Assembly (NCBI RefSeq): GCF_009834535.1
Contig: NC_045697.1
Span: 54,934,001 to 54,998,000 of the forward strand
Direction: 5' to 3'
Length of the DNA stretch: 64,000 bases
Origin: Camelus ferus
Taxonomy: Eukaryota
Positions 37,040 through 49,012 of this stretch are shown here, piece after piece (positions within the stretch are counted from its first letter, which is position 1; each line of letters opens with the position of its first letter). The notes beneath the pieces were generated by a model. It worked only from the letters and a program-made list of their open reading frames with translations. It had not been told where the DNA came from and made no database searches. Made by a program: the position numbers and the translations under genes.

Positions 37040-38790
37040 TTTTTCCCCTTTCATTTGGAGACATACTGGTGCCCTTTATGCTCCTGGTCCAGTGGAGACT
37101 GCTGTCTTGTCTGTTGTACAGTCATCAACATGTCATTTTCCTCTCCCATCCTGGGAATTCCATTCACTCTCCAGTAATATAGAACCATTATTTTCCGCTT
37201 CCCGTGCCCTTTTTTCATATGCCTCCAGCCACCATTTTTGGAATAGCTATTTTAGGAATAGTACAAGAGGGGTAAAATTTTTGAGCATTTGTCTAAAACT
37301 GTCTTTATTCTACCTTACAGCTTGACTAATTATTTGGAGGGAATTTCAGGATGGAGAACTTGTGAGAAAATCAACACCAACTTTAATCCTGTATCTTTGC
37401 TTGTAACTTCATTTATTTTCTTCTCCCTCTTTCTCCTACTTCTCCTTTTCCTCTTCCTCCTCCTTATTTTCCTTGGAAACCTTTAGGATGTCTTTATCTC
37501 TAGATCTCAGAAACCTATGTTGATATGCTTTGATGAGTCATTTTTCTTTAGTTATGATGATAACTAGTAAGTGTCTTTGAGTTTAGAGAAATGTTATTTT
37601 ATTTTTTTTAAACACATTTCTCCTGCATTTCATTTTTACCCTTTTACCTCTAGAACTTTCATTGGTCAGCAGTTGAACTTCCCAGATCGTCTAATTGTTT
37701 TCTTTAATTTTTTCTTTCATACTGGTTTTTGAGATATTTCTCAACTTTGTCTTCCAAAATTTCAGCTGGAAAGTTTAACTGTCATAGTTCTATATCCAAA
37801 AGGTTTCTCTTTTTTTCTAATTGTCCTTTTTAAAAATAGCATCCTGTTCTTTATTCATGGAGCAGTATCTTCAAGGATATTAATTAGTGTTCATCTCTAT
37901 TTTGTTTTTTAATTTTCTAACATTGATGTTGAAGGCTTTCATCAATTGTTTCATGATCTTTGACTATCTGTTCATATTTAAGATTGAAGCCCTAAAAGCT
38001 GCACACTCTAGTGTCTGGGCAGAATTAGTTTTCTGTTAGACTTCACTGTGGAGTGATCTGGCAGAATCACCAGTTAATTGGGGATGTCCAAATTTCACTG
38101 TCAGTATATATTTTCTTTTGGGCTGGATTGTTTGTCCAAGAAACATTCTTCAGTTACAGTCCTGGGGAGTATAATCTGGCTGCCAAAGTCTTGGACTGTA
38201 TAGGAGAAATCGTAAACTTCTAAGGAGTCTTCTGTTTTGCAGTATTAAATTGTGGTCCTGTTCTCAAATGTTACTGAGGTATTCATCCTTTGGTCCAGAG
38301 CCTAATATTTTCAAGTTCTCCAAATATTATACCAAAGTTCAGAGGAGTAGTCTTGTGAATGGTTAGGGTTGGGAAGGAAATTAGGAGGTCTAACTGCTCC
38401 TTGAAACTGACTTTCAAATACTCCTTTTATTTTTAGTCTTACCGTGATCCCCACATTCCGAGGTGATTGATGTCCCCAATTATTCCTAAGTCTTTCTGGG
38501 TTTCTAACGCATAATTGGCTAATTCTCTCCTGCATAGGCTTAAGAAGCTTTCTATTTTCTTAGGTTTTAAATTTTTGTTTTAATAATTATTTACCTCTCA
38601 TCTACCTGGTTTTCATCTTTCCAACACTTGTTGACATTTTGGGGCTGTTGTATATAAACCTGTTTCTGTTCCTGAGTCCTCCTGGTGTTCTTTGTTTCTT
38701 CTTCTTCCTTTTCTCCTCCCTATCATTTAGTGGCCTTACAGAGAGAGGAGGAAGTGATGTATGCAGTTAGTCTAGTATTCCAGTATTATC
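37040..38790 (-). mobile_element. Ancient HAL1/L1ME-type ORF1-region fragment
   Basis: T-rich antisense pattern: 'gtctaaaactgtctttattctacc', 'ctagaactttcattggtcagcagttgaacttcc', 'gatctttgactatctgttcatattta'. Confidence 0.6.
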
Positions 38791-39616
38791 TGGAAACCTT
38801 CACAAATTCAGTTCCAATAGAACATGTTGTGCTAATAACAAAAAAGTTGCTAAATATAATTAATTTAGGGCTTGTTCTTACTTTTTTGACTGTCTGAATC
38901 ATAAAAGAAAAAAAAAGTGTCAAGCTATTTTATTAATGTAAACAAATATTTTACTGAAAAATGCCAAAGTTTAGTTCATCTCCAATTTGAAAGACAGAGT
39001 ATTTATACGAAATTAATTGGTCTTTGGGAGAAGACTTGACTATACTGAAAATGAATTTGACTAGGCTGAATGTGTGACTTGTACTGACATTTCTGAGATG
39101 TTCAGATTCTTGAATGTGAACTATAAAATGAGCCTTCTAAGGGTATGAGACGATAACAAATTTGAGCCAACTAGTTTGTTTGCAAAGAAGTCTATGGATT
39201 AAAAAGAAATTTGGATAGCTCTAATGCCAACTGAATTAAGCTGTCATTGTCTTAAATCTGAAACTCTGAAGCATCCTATAATAAGGAATTTTGCAATACC
39301 ACTTGAGCTTGCCCAAGTAATCTTATGAAAATGGAAATTAAAATACACAGTGTCTTTGGAGACCTCTGTGGCATCAGATATGACATAGTGCCCCATTAGA
39401 AATGACTGTCTGTGTAGAATATACACTCAGTAAAAATGGGTAGAATCCAGAGCTGGTGATGGCACTGGTAATTGTAGGCAGGCCCATCAAACTTTGCTTC
39501 CATCTTTTAAAGCATTGTACACAAGTACTATTGGATGCAGAGGGATGAAGGTATCTTCTTTATGTCTTTGGAAAGTGTTCGTTTCCCTTTATTTGGCCTT
39601 TCTCTTCCTATGTCAG

Positions 39617-39783
39617 GTGGAAACTGTCCATGGAGGCTTCCTGGTGTTTTCCAGGAGGTGAAGAGCATGCATGATCCTGGGCTCTGCTTCTTTAAGGCTC
39701 TTCACTTGGGGTCTCTACTGTGATCAGAGAGGAAACGTAAAAGTGATTGAAGACTTCATTTATTTGTAATTTTTAAAAAAATG
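39617..39783 (+). other. Candidate non-coding or 5' UTR exon (167 nt)
   Basis: Acceptor 'ttcgtttccctttatttggcctttctcttcctatgtcag|G' and donor 'ATG|gtaagt'; unique sequence; stop codons in all three frames. Confidence 0.5.
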
Positions 39784-42700
39784 GTAAGTGAGAGTTTCCT
39801 ATTGTTGAAGTGGCATTTGGGTTTATAATTTTTCTAAGTAAACCAACTTGTTTTTACATGCTATTGACTAATATTATACTTCATTCTGCAAATTTGGCTT
39901 CCTGCAATGAATGTCAGATTGAAGAAAATTTGTAAGTATTATTAGAAGAATACTAGCATAATATAATTTCATCGGAAGATTAGACTTACATCAGACATCC
40001 TAATTAGAGCATTTTAACGAGAATCCAGTGAGTATCATTTAGTGGACTTAGTAATATTTTTCATGTTATAAAAAGGTGTGCAAATATCATTTTACTTTCT
40101 TTGTGCCCGGGAGACCTCAGATAATACATATGTCAACAACAAGGATCTTCAGATGGCAGTATTTAAAACTAAGAGAACTTAAATGATTCCTCTGTGGTCA
40201 GATGTAACTTATATCACCGTTAGTAGGTTTTACTTGCATTGAAAATAGAATATATACATTTTAAGAGCTCTTCAACATTTAGTTTGATCCTTACAAAAGC
40301 ATTTTCTTCCATTTCACTTTAGGACTACTAAGAATCATCACACAGAGTCTGTCTCTTAACAAACTAAAAATAGAAAAGAAAAGAATTTCAAGTAGGACAA
40401 ATATTTAAAAAATATGCCACTTGCATATACTTTTTTTTTCTGCCTCTCAGTAAAATTTTCTCTGATTTTATAGCTAAGTACATGAAGGCTATCAGTCAAT
40501 CTTTATTGATCCTGTGCTGATGCAGTTTATTCTGAAGTTGGTGGTATTCGTTATTGTCAATCTGAATTCATAGCAATTATTCACCAGCGTATTATATTAC
40601 AGCCTGGGCATCATGGTCACCTCATGGATTATCAAATCAGAATATTTAGATGAAAAGAGTAGTCAAGGAAGTGCAATCATTACTAATGTCATTCAATTTG
40701 GGAATAAATGTCCTTTATACGGTTCAAGGGAATCTCAGGCCAAAGCCTTTTTTGAAAGTGCTATTGTTTATTTTTCTCTGGGGCACAAAATCAATGTGCT
40801 GTTTCTCCATTTCAGAACTGCTACATTAAAATGTCATGACATATGTGTTTTAAATGTAAAATCTATAAAAAGGAAAAAAATCCACTTAATATCGATGGTA
40901 TTTTACTTTCACCCTTTCTTTATGGTACAAAAAGTTGTCCTTCTTCTTTTATTCATGACCAAGTTTATATGTCATTTATTTACAGATGTGTACGGAGAGA
41001 GCCCTGCTTTCTACTTGGGGGAAGCAGGGAGGGTGATCCTTTAAGCAATCTTGTTTCCTGGTTTGGAAAGTTGATTTTTCTTCCTCTACCTCCTGTGAGA
41101 GACTACTTGATTTTATGCTTGATCATTTGCTTTTACAGCTTTCCAGATGTTTGTGGCCCTCTCTATACATATAAAGAGTTTATATGATACATATTATATA
41201 ATATACTCATATAATTTATATTCTCTATAAATAATAAACTATGAATATATATAATTGGGAAGGATGTGAAGGCTTGTAAAAAAAAAAAACATGGATTTTT
41301 ACCCAGATTATGATTAATTTGAAAGTATCTTGAGAGAAGGGTAGAAGCTCATTTTAATCTTTATTTTATAGGTTCTACAATGTCTAAAATGTGGTAATAT
41401 TCTTATATTGAAGACTATCATTCAAAGTACTAGGGAGAAACCATCAGTTACTAATGAATAGTAACCTATTTTTGAAATGATCAGACTTAGAAATGTTGAT
41501 ATTGTTAAATGAAAGACTCAAAAACAGATATAAGGTATCTAAATAGCCAGACTGATATTAATATTTAATTTGTTTCTTTTCAACTGGTGCCAGTCAAATG
41601 AAATGAGGCAATTTGAATAATATTTGTCCTTGCCCATAAGCATGTCACCCTGATGGTTCACAGGCAGTCTGTAGCTTCAGTGTCTTTTATAACTTTTCTA
41701 TATTTCCTTTGGTTTTGGGAGGCAGAGTTCTAGTTTAATTTCCTTGGCTTTAGCTCTTTCATTTAAGAGCATGTGATGGATTACTGGAATGACATCATAA
41801 AAGGAGATTTAAATAATTAAATCTGGGCTAGAGCAAGTCCAATGTCTGGAGGTAGATTTTGGTTAACAAAACTTTCCAGGCTTCTGGGTCTGTAAATGTA
41901 CACTTGTAGGTTTAACTAAAAGGTCTTTAACTTGAAACTTCAATTCTTAGTCTGAGCTGTTTTTATGACCTCATCTTCTGGAGTTCCATGGCTGTATTTA
42001 CAAATACAATGTACAACTTGAGGGTTCAGAATTATACTTTGTTGCCAACATTACTTTAATAAATTTACTGAGTCCTGGGAAGAATTGGATACAGATGAGT
42101 TCCAGAATAAGTGAACCTGAGATTGGCCTTGGCAGTAGTGTCTACTGTCACAGTTTTGTTCAGTAGATCCATAAGTTGACCAAGGCTAGTTGTCTACAAA
42201 GAGGTCATCTAGACTTTCTCTTGTCCGGCTTAGGGAGATCAGTCCTGTCTTAATGACTTAGAAGGACAATATACAGTGATACTGTACCACCCATTCACTT
42301 ATTTGCTTAACACTCTAGAGATGTATGTAAATTTCCCATTTTGTTTTTAGACCAGTAAGTCCCTTAAAAGTGTTAAATATCCAGTCAGTGTCTCTAATAT
42401 AGTGAATAGGGCTAAACTTGAAGCATTTGTTAGTAGGGTACTGAGACAGATAATAAGTTTAAATGAAGTCAGTGGCAGACTGCTAGGGGCAGGGTAAAAG
42501 CGGGGAGAAATGAGTTTTAAGATGAGCTCAACATGGAAAGCTCAAAAGCTATCCCAGGATAGGTTGGAAAAACAGAGAAGATTAAAAAATATCTGTAGGT
42601 GAGGGTGGGTTTCTCTAAGCACTGAAATACAAAATAGAATTGTATAGGAAATGGAAAAAAAGGGAGATTGAAAGGAATAGATATAAGCTAGTCTTCAAGG

Positions 42701-44793
42701 AATGCAGGCACACAATAAGAGAGGCAAGAAAGCAAAATGAAATAATGTAGCTGGGGGACTCAAAGGAAATAAGAAAAGTTTCTATAAATACATCCAAGAG
42801 AAAAAACAAAACAGAGGAAAAAACACTGTAATAATGAGCAGCAAAGACTCCAGAAATGACCATAAGCCTATCACGTCTTTTATTCTTCTCAGCTGTCAGT
42901 AAAATCTGGATTAAAAACAAGAATGAAAAAGGAAATAGAGTTTTTTTTTTTGAATGTCTATGAAAATTGAGGAAGCTATTAATGACAATAATAGACAAAG
43001 CTATTGTTGGGGAAAAATAGCTATGGTAAAATAAAATTTTATGATGTACTCCTGCAGGTTAAAACTGAATGCTTCTGAACATTTTGAAAGAATTGGATAG
43101 AGTATTATAATCTTTAAAAGCTTCCAGTAAAATATTTAAAAAAGAGGAAAAGGTAATACAGTTTTACCTAAATCCCCTCTCTAGGAACAGTCAGAATGAA
43201 ATCAGGGAATATGTGCATGATCAATTAAAATTTTCTTCCCAGAATTTATGATGCACTTGGAGCCATCAGTTAAGTATGTTTTGCAACACAGTTATAATTT
43301 TATGTTTTGTTGCATCCCAAGGATTTTTAGGAATTCTTCAGATTCAGGATATTTGGGGGGTAAGGATGTCAAAATTAATTTTGTAAACTTTGTGTGTGTG
43401 TAGAGATGAAGTTTGTAAGTTCAAATAGTGTGGTTGAGTAATATATATACACCATCAGATGTACTGAAAATTAAATAAAAAGAAGATATCTCTAGCATTA
43501 TGATCTAGCATTAAATTTGAGTTTAATGTATTTCCCTTTTCGTACTGTGTTACTTCTGAATGTGTTCATTTGCTTTCATGGTTCACACAGGGAAGACTTC
43601 CCTGCATGTGAGCCCTCTACAACCACTTGGATATGTTTCACACCATCCCTAAGGAAGTCCATCACGTTTACTCTAGATTTTATTCTTTTCCTCTTAAGGT
43701 CAGCTTTTTCTTCTGTGCTTATATGGTTAAGTCAATAGAATGTAGGATAAGCATTTCTAAGGGCCTCAAAAATACCTGCTTGTGTGGGATATGCTGTCAA
43801 TTTCTTAGCACTAGAGGGGCTAATTGGTAATGGCATATTAATACACTGAATCTGTCGGCTTCTCTGCTATCTGGAGATACCTGTTCCATTACTAGTAACA
43901 GAAAAAAGCTAAGGCCAACACAGATGGGGTTAATAATTACATCAGAAATAAATCTAGTTGCAACACAGGTAGCTTAAAACCAGATAATTTAGAAATAGTT
44001 TAGATAATTACTAATTAGGTCTACTGACAGCAGAATTTGAATTATTCATGAAAATCTGAAAGCAGAGGATAATTCATTCCTTAGTACCTCTAATACTAAT
44101 TGGAAAGTTGTTTATTATATTTTTCACTGGGTGATGTGCTGATATTTATTTCATGCTTTATTTTTGACAATTTTATTTTAGAATATCTTCAAGTGACAAA
44201 TTAAAAGGTTGTTAAGAATTATTTTACTGCCTCAAAAATTAGCTCTAAATTCTAAATAAAAATCTTTTAGTTGATTATTAAGATAAAATCTATGACCTTT
44301 TTGAATTTCCTTTTCAAAATATTAGGGAAATTTTCCTTTGGCAAGCACTTTCTCTTCTAAATTATTTTATAATATTAATTGTACTGTTTAAAATATTGCT
44401 GTTAGTTTATTTGATATTTACTATTTATAGTCCTTCTTAGATTCATTTTCATGTTTTGCAGATAGAAGGATATTCAATATTAGCTTTCAGAATGATGTCT
44501 TATATCCATAGGTTATATGTTTTTATTTCATTTTTAACCATAACTTGCTTGAGTAAATCTTCAGGACTAGAAAGAAGCAATTGTAATGATTCTGAGTTTT
44601 CAGATAGACCCAATCAAACATATATTGATTTAATCACTTGGCTTTTTTTTTTTTTTTTTTTTTTTTTGAGCAGCTGATATGTGGCACTAACACTTTGGAA
44701 CGCAATGGAAATGCATAGTGTCTCCTTTTACAACTCAAAATCTAGTGGGGATGGTAGCTAGGACCTGTTCATTCAAAATTTGTGTTTTCACTC

Positions 44794-45449
44794 TGTAGCG
44801 TGAAGGAGTCTCTGGGAGGCCTAGGTTTTGCCCAGTGGAACATGAACAGAGGTGATGTTTATTCATTTCTGGTTGGGATATGTGAGAAGTGTAGTCCCGT
44901 TTTCCTCATCTGCTCACTGATCCGTAGGATGGCAGGGCCATAAAAGAAAGGAACCTAGATCCTCAGATCACCACAGGGAAGAAAGCCACCAACTACCAGA
45001 AAAACTATACTTGGACTGGGAACCATCCTGTCACGGCAGCCACCCCACTGAGGACCATGATGACAGTACTGCCACAAAAAAGCTCCCCCCCAACCTCCAC
45101 TTGTTAAAGAAATTGCGAGACATGAGAACCCTTCAGGTTTAACACTAAACAATAATTTTTCTTTCGTAATGCTCACAAACTATGCACTTTCTCCCTCTTG
45201 CCAACCAAAGGGTACCACATGTATCTAGAGACCAATTAAAGATTCTTCCCCACTTCGGAAGATACCATTTTAATAGAATCCTTGCCAATCAGTAATGCTC
45301 TCAGTATCCTTTATACTCAAACTTTCTTTCCTTTCTGACACCTTTGGTCCTCTGATGAAATGAAAGTGACAGCAGATGGGTTCTCTTGTCAAGTTTATGA
45401 ATAAACAGCCACTGTTAATTTTGTCCCAGACTTTGTTTTGTCTTAGATA
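44794..45449 (+). mobile_element. Probable ERV-type solo LTR nested in an MLT1 remnant (flanks about 44752-44793 and 45450-45544)
   Basis: AATAAA at 45400 followed by a U5-like T-rich end. Downstream 'aaatttggggttggtttgtctcagcaactagcattaccttcctgatac' is an MLT1-like 3' end. Confidence 0.5.
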
Positions 45450-45559
45450 GAACTTCTATGAGTGAGAGATAAATTAAACTCTCTATGAGAGAGTTAAAAT
45501 TTGGGGTTGGTTTGTCTCAGCAACTAGCATTACCTTCCTGATACCAAAGGGCGGACAAA

Positions 45560-47050
45560 TAAATCATAATTTTAATATTGTGTTGATCTGAGTACGAAAG
45601 ACCTATGAGAGGAAGGAGAAGGAGGAGGCTGTGGAAACACATTGGAGTGCCATGTAATATAGTTTTGGGTATTGTGGACAGGTAGCAATCAGAAGAGGAA
45701 ACTTGCAGGAAGCAAGATTTTAATCAGGGTGCAAAAGACAAATAAGACTTAGCCAGGTCAAGAGGAAATGATGGGAGAAAACATTAAAGAGAGTGGAAGC
45801 AACAGTGTAAAGGTACAGAGATAAAAGAAAGTGTTACCAAACACAAGTTCCTGTGCTGGACACACAGTGAGGCCAAACAAACCAAAACATAGGAGTTTGG
45901 AGCCGAGAAAGGTTTATTATTGCAGGGTCAAGCATGGAGGACATGCGGCTCATGCCCCCAAAATGCCCAAACTCCCCAAAGGGTTTCAGCCTAATATTTT
46001 TAAAGGGAGGGTGAAGGAGGTGTGTCCCAGGATATGTGATTAGCTCATGCACAGTTCTCTGGTTGATGTTGAGGTAACAGGGAAGTTACCATGATCAATC
46101 CTAGGCACCAGAAGGTCTAGGAGCTACATGCTCATGCTCACTGAGTAGTTAATTTCTTCCATTTGGTGGTGATTTTTAGCATCTGAAAAGCTCAGGACAT
46201 ATTCATGAGATACTATTATCAGAGATGAGCTACAACAGAGGATATGGGGGAGAGGTCTGTCCCAGGAAGGCCCCATAGGGTATTGCTTGGTTACAGAAGC
46301 AGTGGGTATGTGCTCAACAGCAGTGTAGGTGGAACATAAGAAAGAGTCAATAATGGGCTTTTTATATTATGCTATCTTGAAATTTTCAGTTGTCACTCTA
46401 ATAACCAGAATGGCTTGATTAGGACTTTGGGCATACGACAGGCAAGGAGACCAATTAGAAGTCTGTGGTAAGAATCCAGGTGAGAAATAGTGAGAGCCTG
46501 ACTGTAGCCACTTCAACAGGGATACAGACAAATGACCTCAGTTAGGAGCTATTGTGGAGGTATAACTGGAAACACAGGATGCCTGTAGGTCAAGCAGGAC
46601 TAAAGGAGAGGGTGGGAGCACAAATTAGAAATTAGTACATACAAACTAAAGGCACAGGCAGACCTGGGAGAGGAGAGAAGGTGCATTGTTTAGTTTCCAG
46701 TGCCTTCATGGGGAAGCATCAGTGACCCTCTGAGACATCTGTTTGGAACACAAGAGAGATGTCGGAGTTGGAGACATACATTTTAAAGTTGTTTTGGAAC
46801 ATGTAGTAACTGAAGTCATGGAGGCAAAACTACACAGGAAAAGGGCAAGAAAGTGAAGCAGTCAGAAGACTTCCGGGACCTGTTAAGAAAGGTCTCTGCA
46901 TTAGGATGGGAAGGATGGCACAAAGACGAAGGAGAAGAAGCACTGAAGAATCATATCACCAAAATTATGGGAGAAGCACATATAAAAAGTAGGAAGTTTT
47001 TAATTTGTAGCAAAGTAGGTTAAAACTGAAGAGTTTTAATGGAATACTGA
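45560..47050 (-). mobile_element. L2 LINE (antisense), interrupted by the LTR at 45832
   Basis: 'ggcaaggagaccaattagaagtctgtggtaagaatccaggtgagaaatagtgagagcctg' and 'gagatgtcggagttggagacatacatttt'. Confidence 0.75.
45832..46295 (-). mobile_element. ERV1-class solo LTR of artiodactyl/laurasiatherian type (464 bp)
   Basis: Termini tgttaccaa..ttggttaca; antisense poly(A) signal 'aggtttatt'; flanks aaag/gaag fit a degenerate TSD. Confidence 0.85.
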
Positions 47051-47054
47051 AAAT

Positions 47055-47335
47055 AATTCAACAAATATTTGGTGAGCATCTGTTGGATTCAGGTATAGCT
47101 CTGCACCTTGGGATACAGACAGGAACAAGCAAAGTCTCTGCTCTCCTGGGTGTTAACATTGTGTGGGGAGCCAGACTCAACCAAGTAACCCAATCATAAT
47201 TGGGGGGGATGGATGGTACTTTGAGGAACGTTAAAACAGGATAAGGGAACAGATTGAGTGGCACGAAGAAAGCCTCTTTGAGGAGGTTATTTCAAACAGA
47301 GGCCTGAATGAGGTGAAATAAAAGAGAACTAATGG
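47055..47335 (-). mobile_element. L2a-type 3' end
   Basis: 'attcaacaaatatttggtgagcatct..aacaagcaaagtctctgctctcctgg..gcctctttgaggagg..gaggcctgaatga'. Confidence 0.8.
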
Positions 47336-48559
47336 GAGGGCCTGAGATCATTGCACCTTTGCCAAGAATAGTTTTTCTGGGAGGTTGGAAGCAAAGTCAC
47401 AGTGTTGGCAATTCAGGACTAAATGGGAAGTGAGCATTAGTTTTTAAAGACACTTGCCTGAGAAGGATAGAGAAACACTAGACAGTAGGTAGGGGGAGGC
47501 TTAGAGAAGATTTAACTTAGTTTTATTTTAGAAATAAAGTCAGTGAGCTGAATACCTTAAAATGCTTGGGGGAAATGAGTAGGAGAGAGAGAGAGGGATC
47601 AATAGCGCATGGTTGATGGAAAATGCTGATAATTTTGTTGGTGGCAAATAGGAAGCTGAACCTCCAGCTACATTTTTCTCCCTGGAGAAGAAAAAAAAAA
47701 CGAAGATTAAATATCAGATGACTTGAAGAATCACCCAAGGAAGCAAAAGGATGATTCATATGTTTTATAAGCTTAATATCAACATTTCTCTTTAATTACC
47801 CTGATTCCCTTAAGTCCTTCAGACCTTTCTACAATGGTTTTTCTAATCCTGCCTCAATAGCAAAGGTTGCTTCTTTGAATATCTATGATCGTCTTATTGG
47901 AGCCACACAAAGCAGCTCGTATTGCTGTGGTTTGGAACATGCACATTATCGGGAGAGTAGTGTTTTGGTAAAAATTTTAAAAGATGAACAAAAATCAGGA
48001 GTCATAAATATTTTCTAACTTTGGTATGAAGTGAAGTTATAGAGTTAAGAATATTTTTTCTTTATAATATAGTCATAAAAATAATTTTCTCTGACAAATT
48101 TGTAGACAATTTTTTGAAACTTCAATACCTTAATGTCTTCTTTATGTTTCTCATTCATCCTTCTTAACATTTTAAAGATTTCTTCCCCATTCCATTCAAA
48201 GTAGCTTTGTCTCTTCATGTTGTCTATGATAGCCTTGTTTTACTGAGATTTCTGATAGTTCCTTTCCATATTTTTGTTCCATTCTATTCCCCCATAATCT
48301 TCAAAATCTACATGCTTCAGTAATGTTTTGGGCCAATAGTATTTCTTTCCTTCTTAAGATTGTATGGTTGAATGTGTTTATGTGTAACAAGTATTTTGGC
48401 CTTTAATTGTATTTTGTCTTATTTCATGTGTAAAGTTTGTCTTCCCTATAAGATGTCAAGAAACTTGAAGGTGTCCCTTTGTTTTTACCTGGTGACATAA
48501 CCTACTGCTTCCTTTGCAAACCATTCCTGCTCCAGTTGATGGCCTTTCAATCACGTGAC

Positions 48560-48843
48560 CCCAAGCATGAATCTTCAGAACCAACAATTGCAGATTGTGT
48601 CCTCATGTCACATCTCTCTGCCTCCTTTTACATTGCTATATTTATCTCTGAATGTAATTGGGAAAGGTTTTCTGATTTTAAGAATGTATGTGATTAAATT
48701 GGGCCCACCTGGATAATCTCCCATCTAAGGTCCTAACTTAAAGTTTATCTGTGAAGTCCTTTCTGCCATGTCAGGTAATATAGTCACAGGTCCTAAGGAC
48801 TACGGTATGAATATCTTTGTGAATGATTGTTCTGCCTGCCACA
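48560..48843 (-). mobile_element. MLT1D/E-type MaLR LTR, partial
   Basis: 'gtgattaaattgggcccacctggataatctcccatctaaggtcc..atctgtgaagtcctttctgccatgtcaggtaatatagtcacagg..ttctgcctgccaca'. Confidence 0.85.
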
Positions 48844-48881
48844 CTATTGGGTAGGAAAGTTTGTCCAAGAGACAGAGATTG

Positions 48882-49012
48882 ATCATTCATTTATTCAATA
48901 AGTATTTATTGAGCATTTACTATATGACAAGCACTGATATAGGAACTTGGCCTACACTGTTGAACAAAACAGACAAAATATCCCCAGTTTTGTTGAATAT
49001 TCCTTCTAGTGC
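48882..49012 (-). mobile_element. L2 3' end
   Basis: 'tcattcatttattcaataagtatttattgagcatttactatatgacaagcactg'. Confidence 0.8.

Noticed and set aside
40613..41187. Overlapping ORFs of 143 and 114 aa
   Set aside because: F/I/L/K-rich composition typical of AT-rich non-coding DNA, no motif, no convincing exon boundaries.
42563..42583. 'ttggaaaaacagagaagatta' resembling U6 snRNA
   Set aside because: About 13 nt of identity with no flanking U6 similarity.
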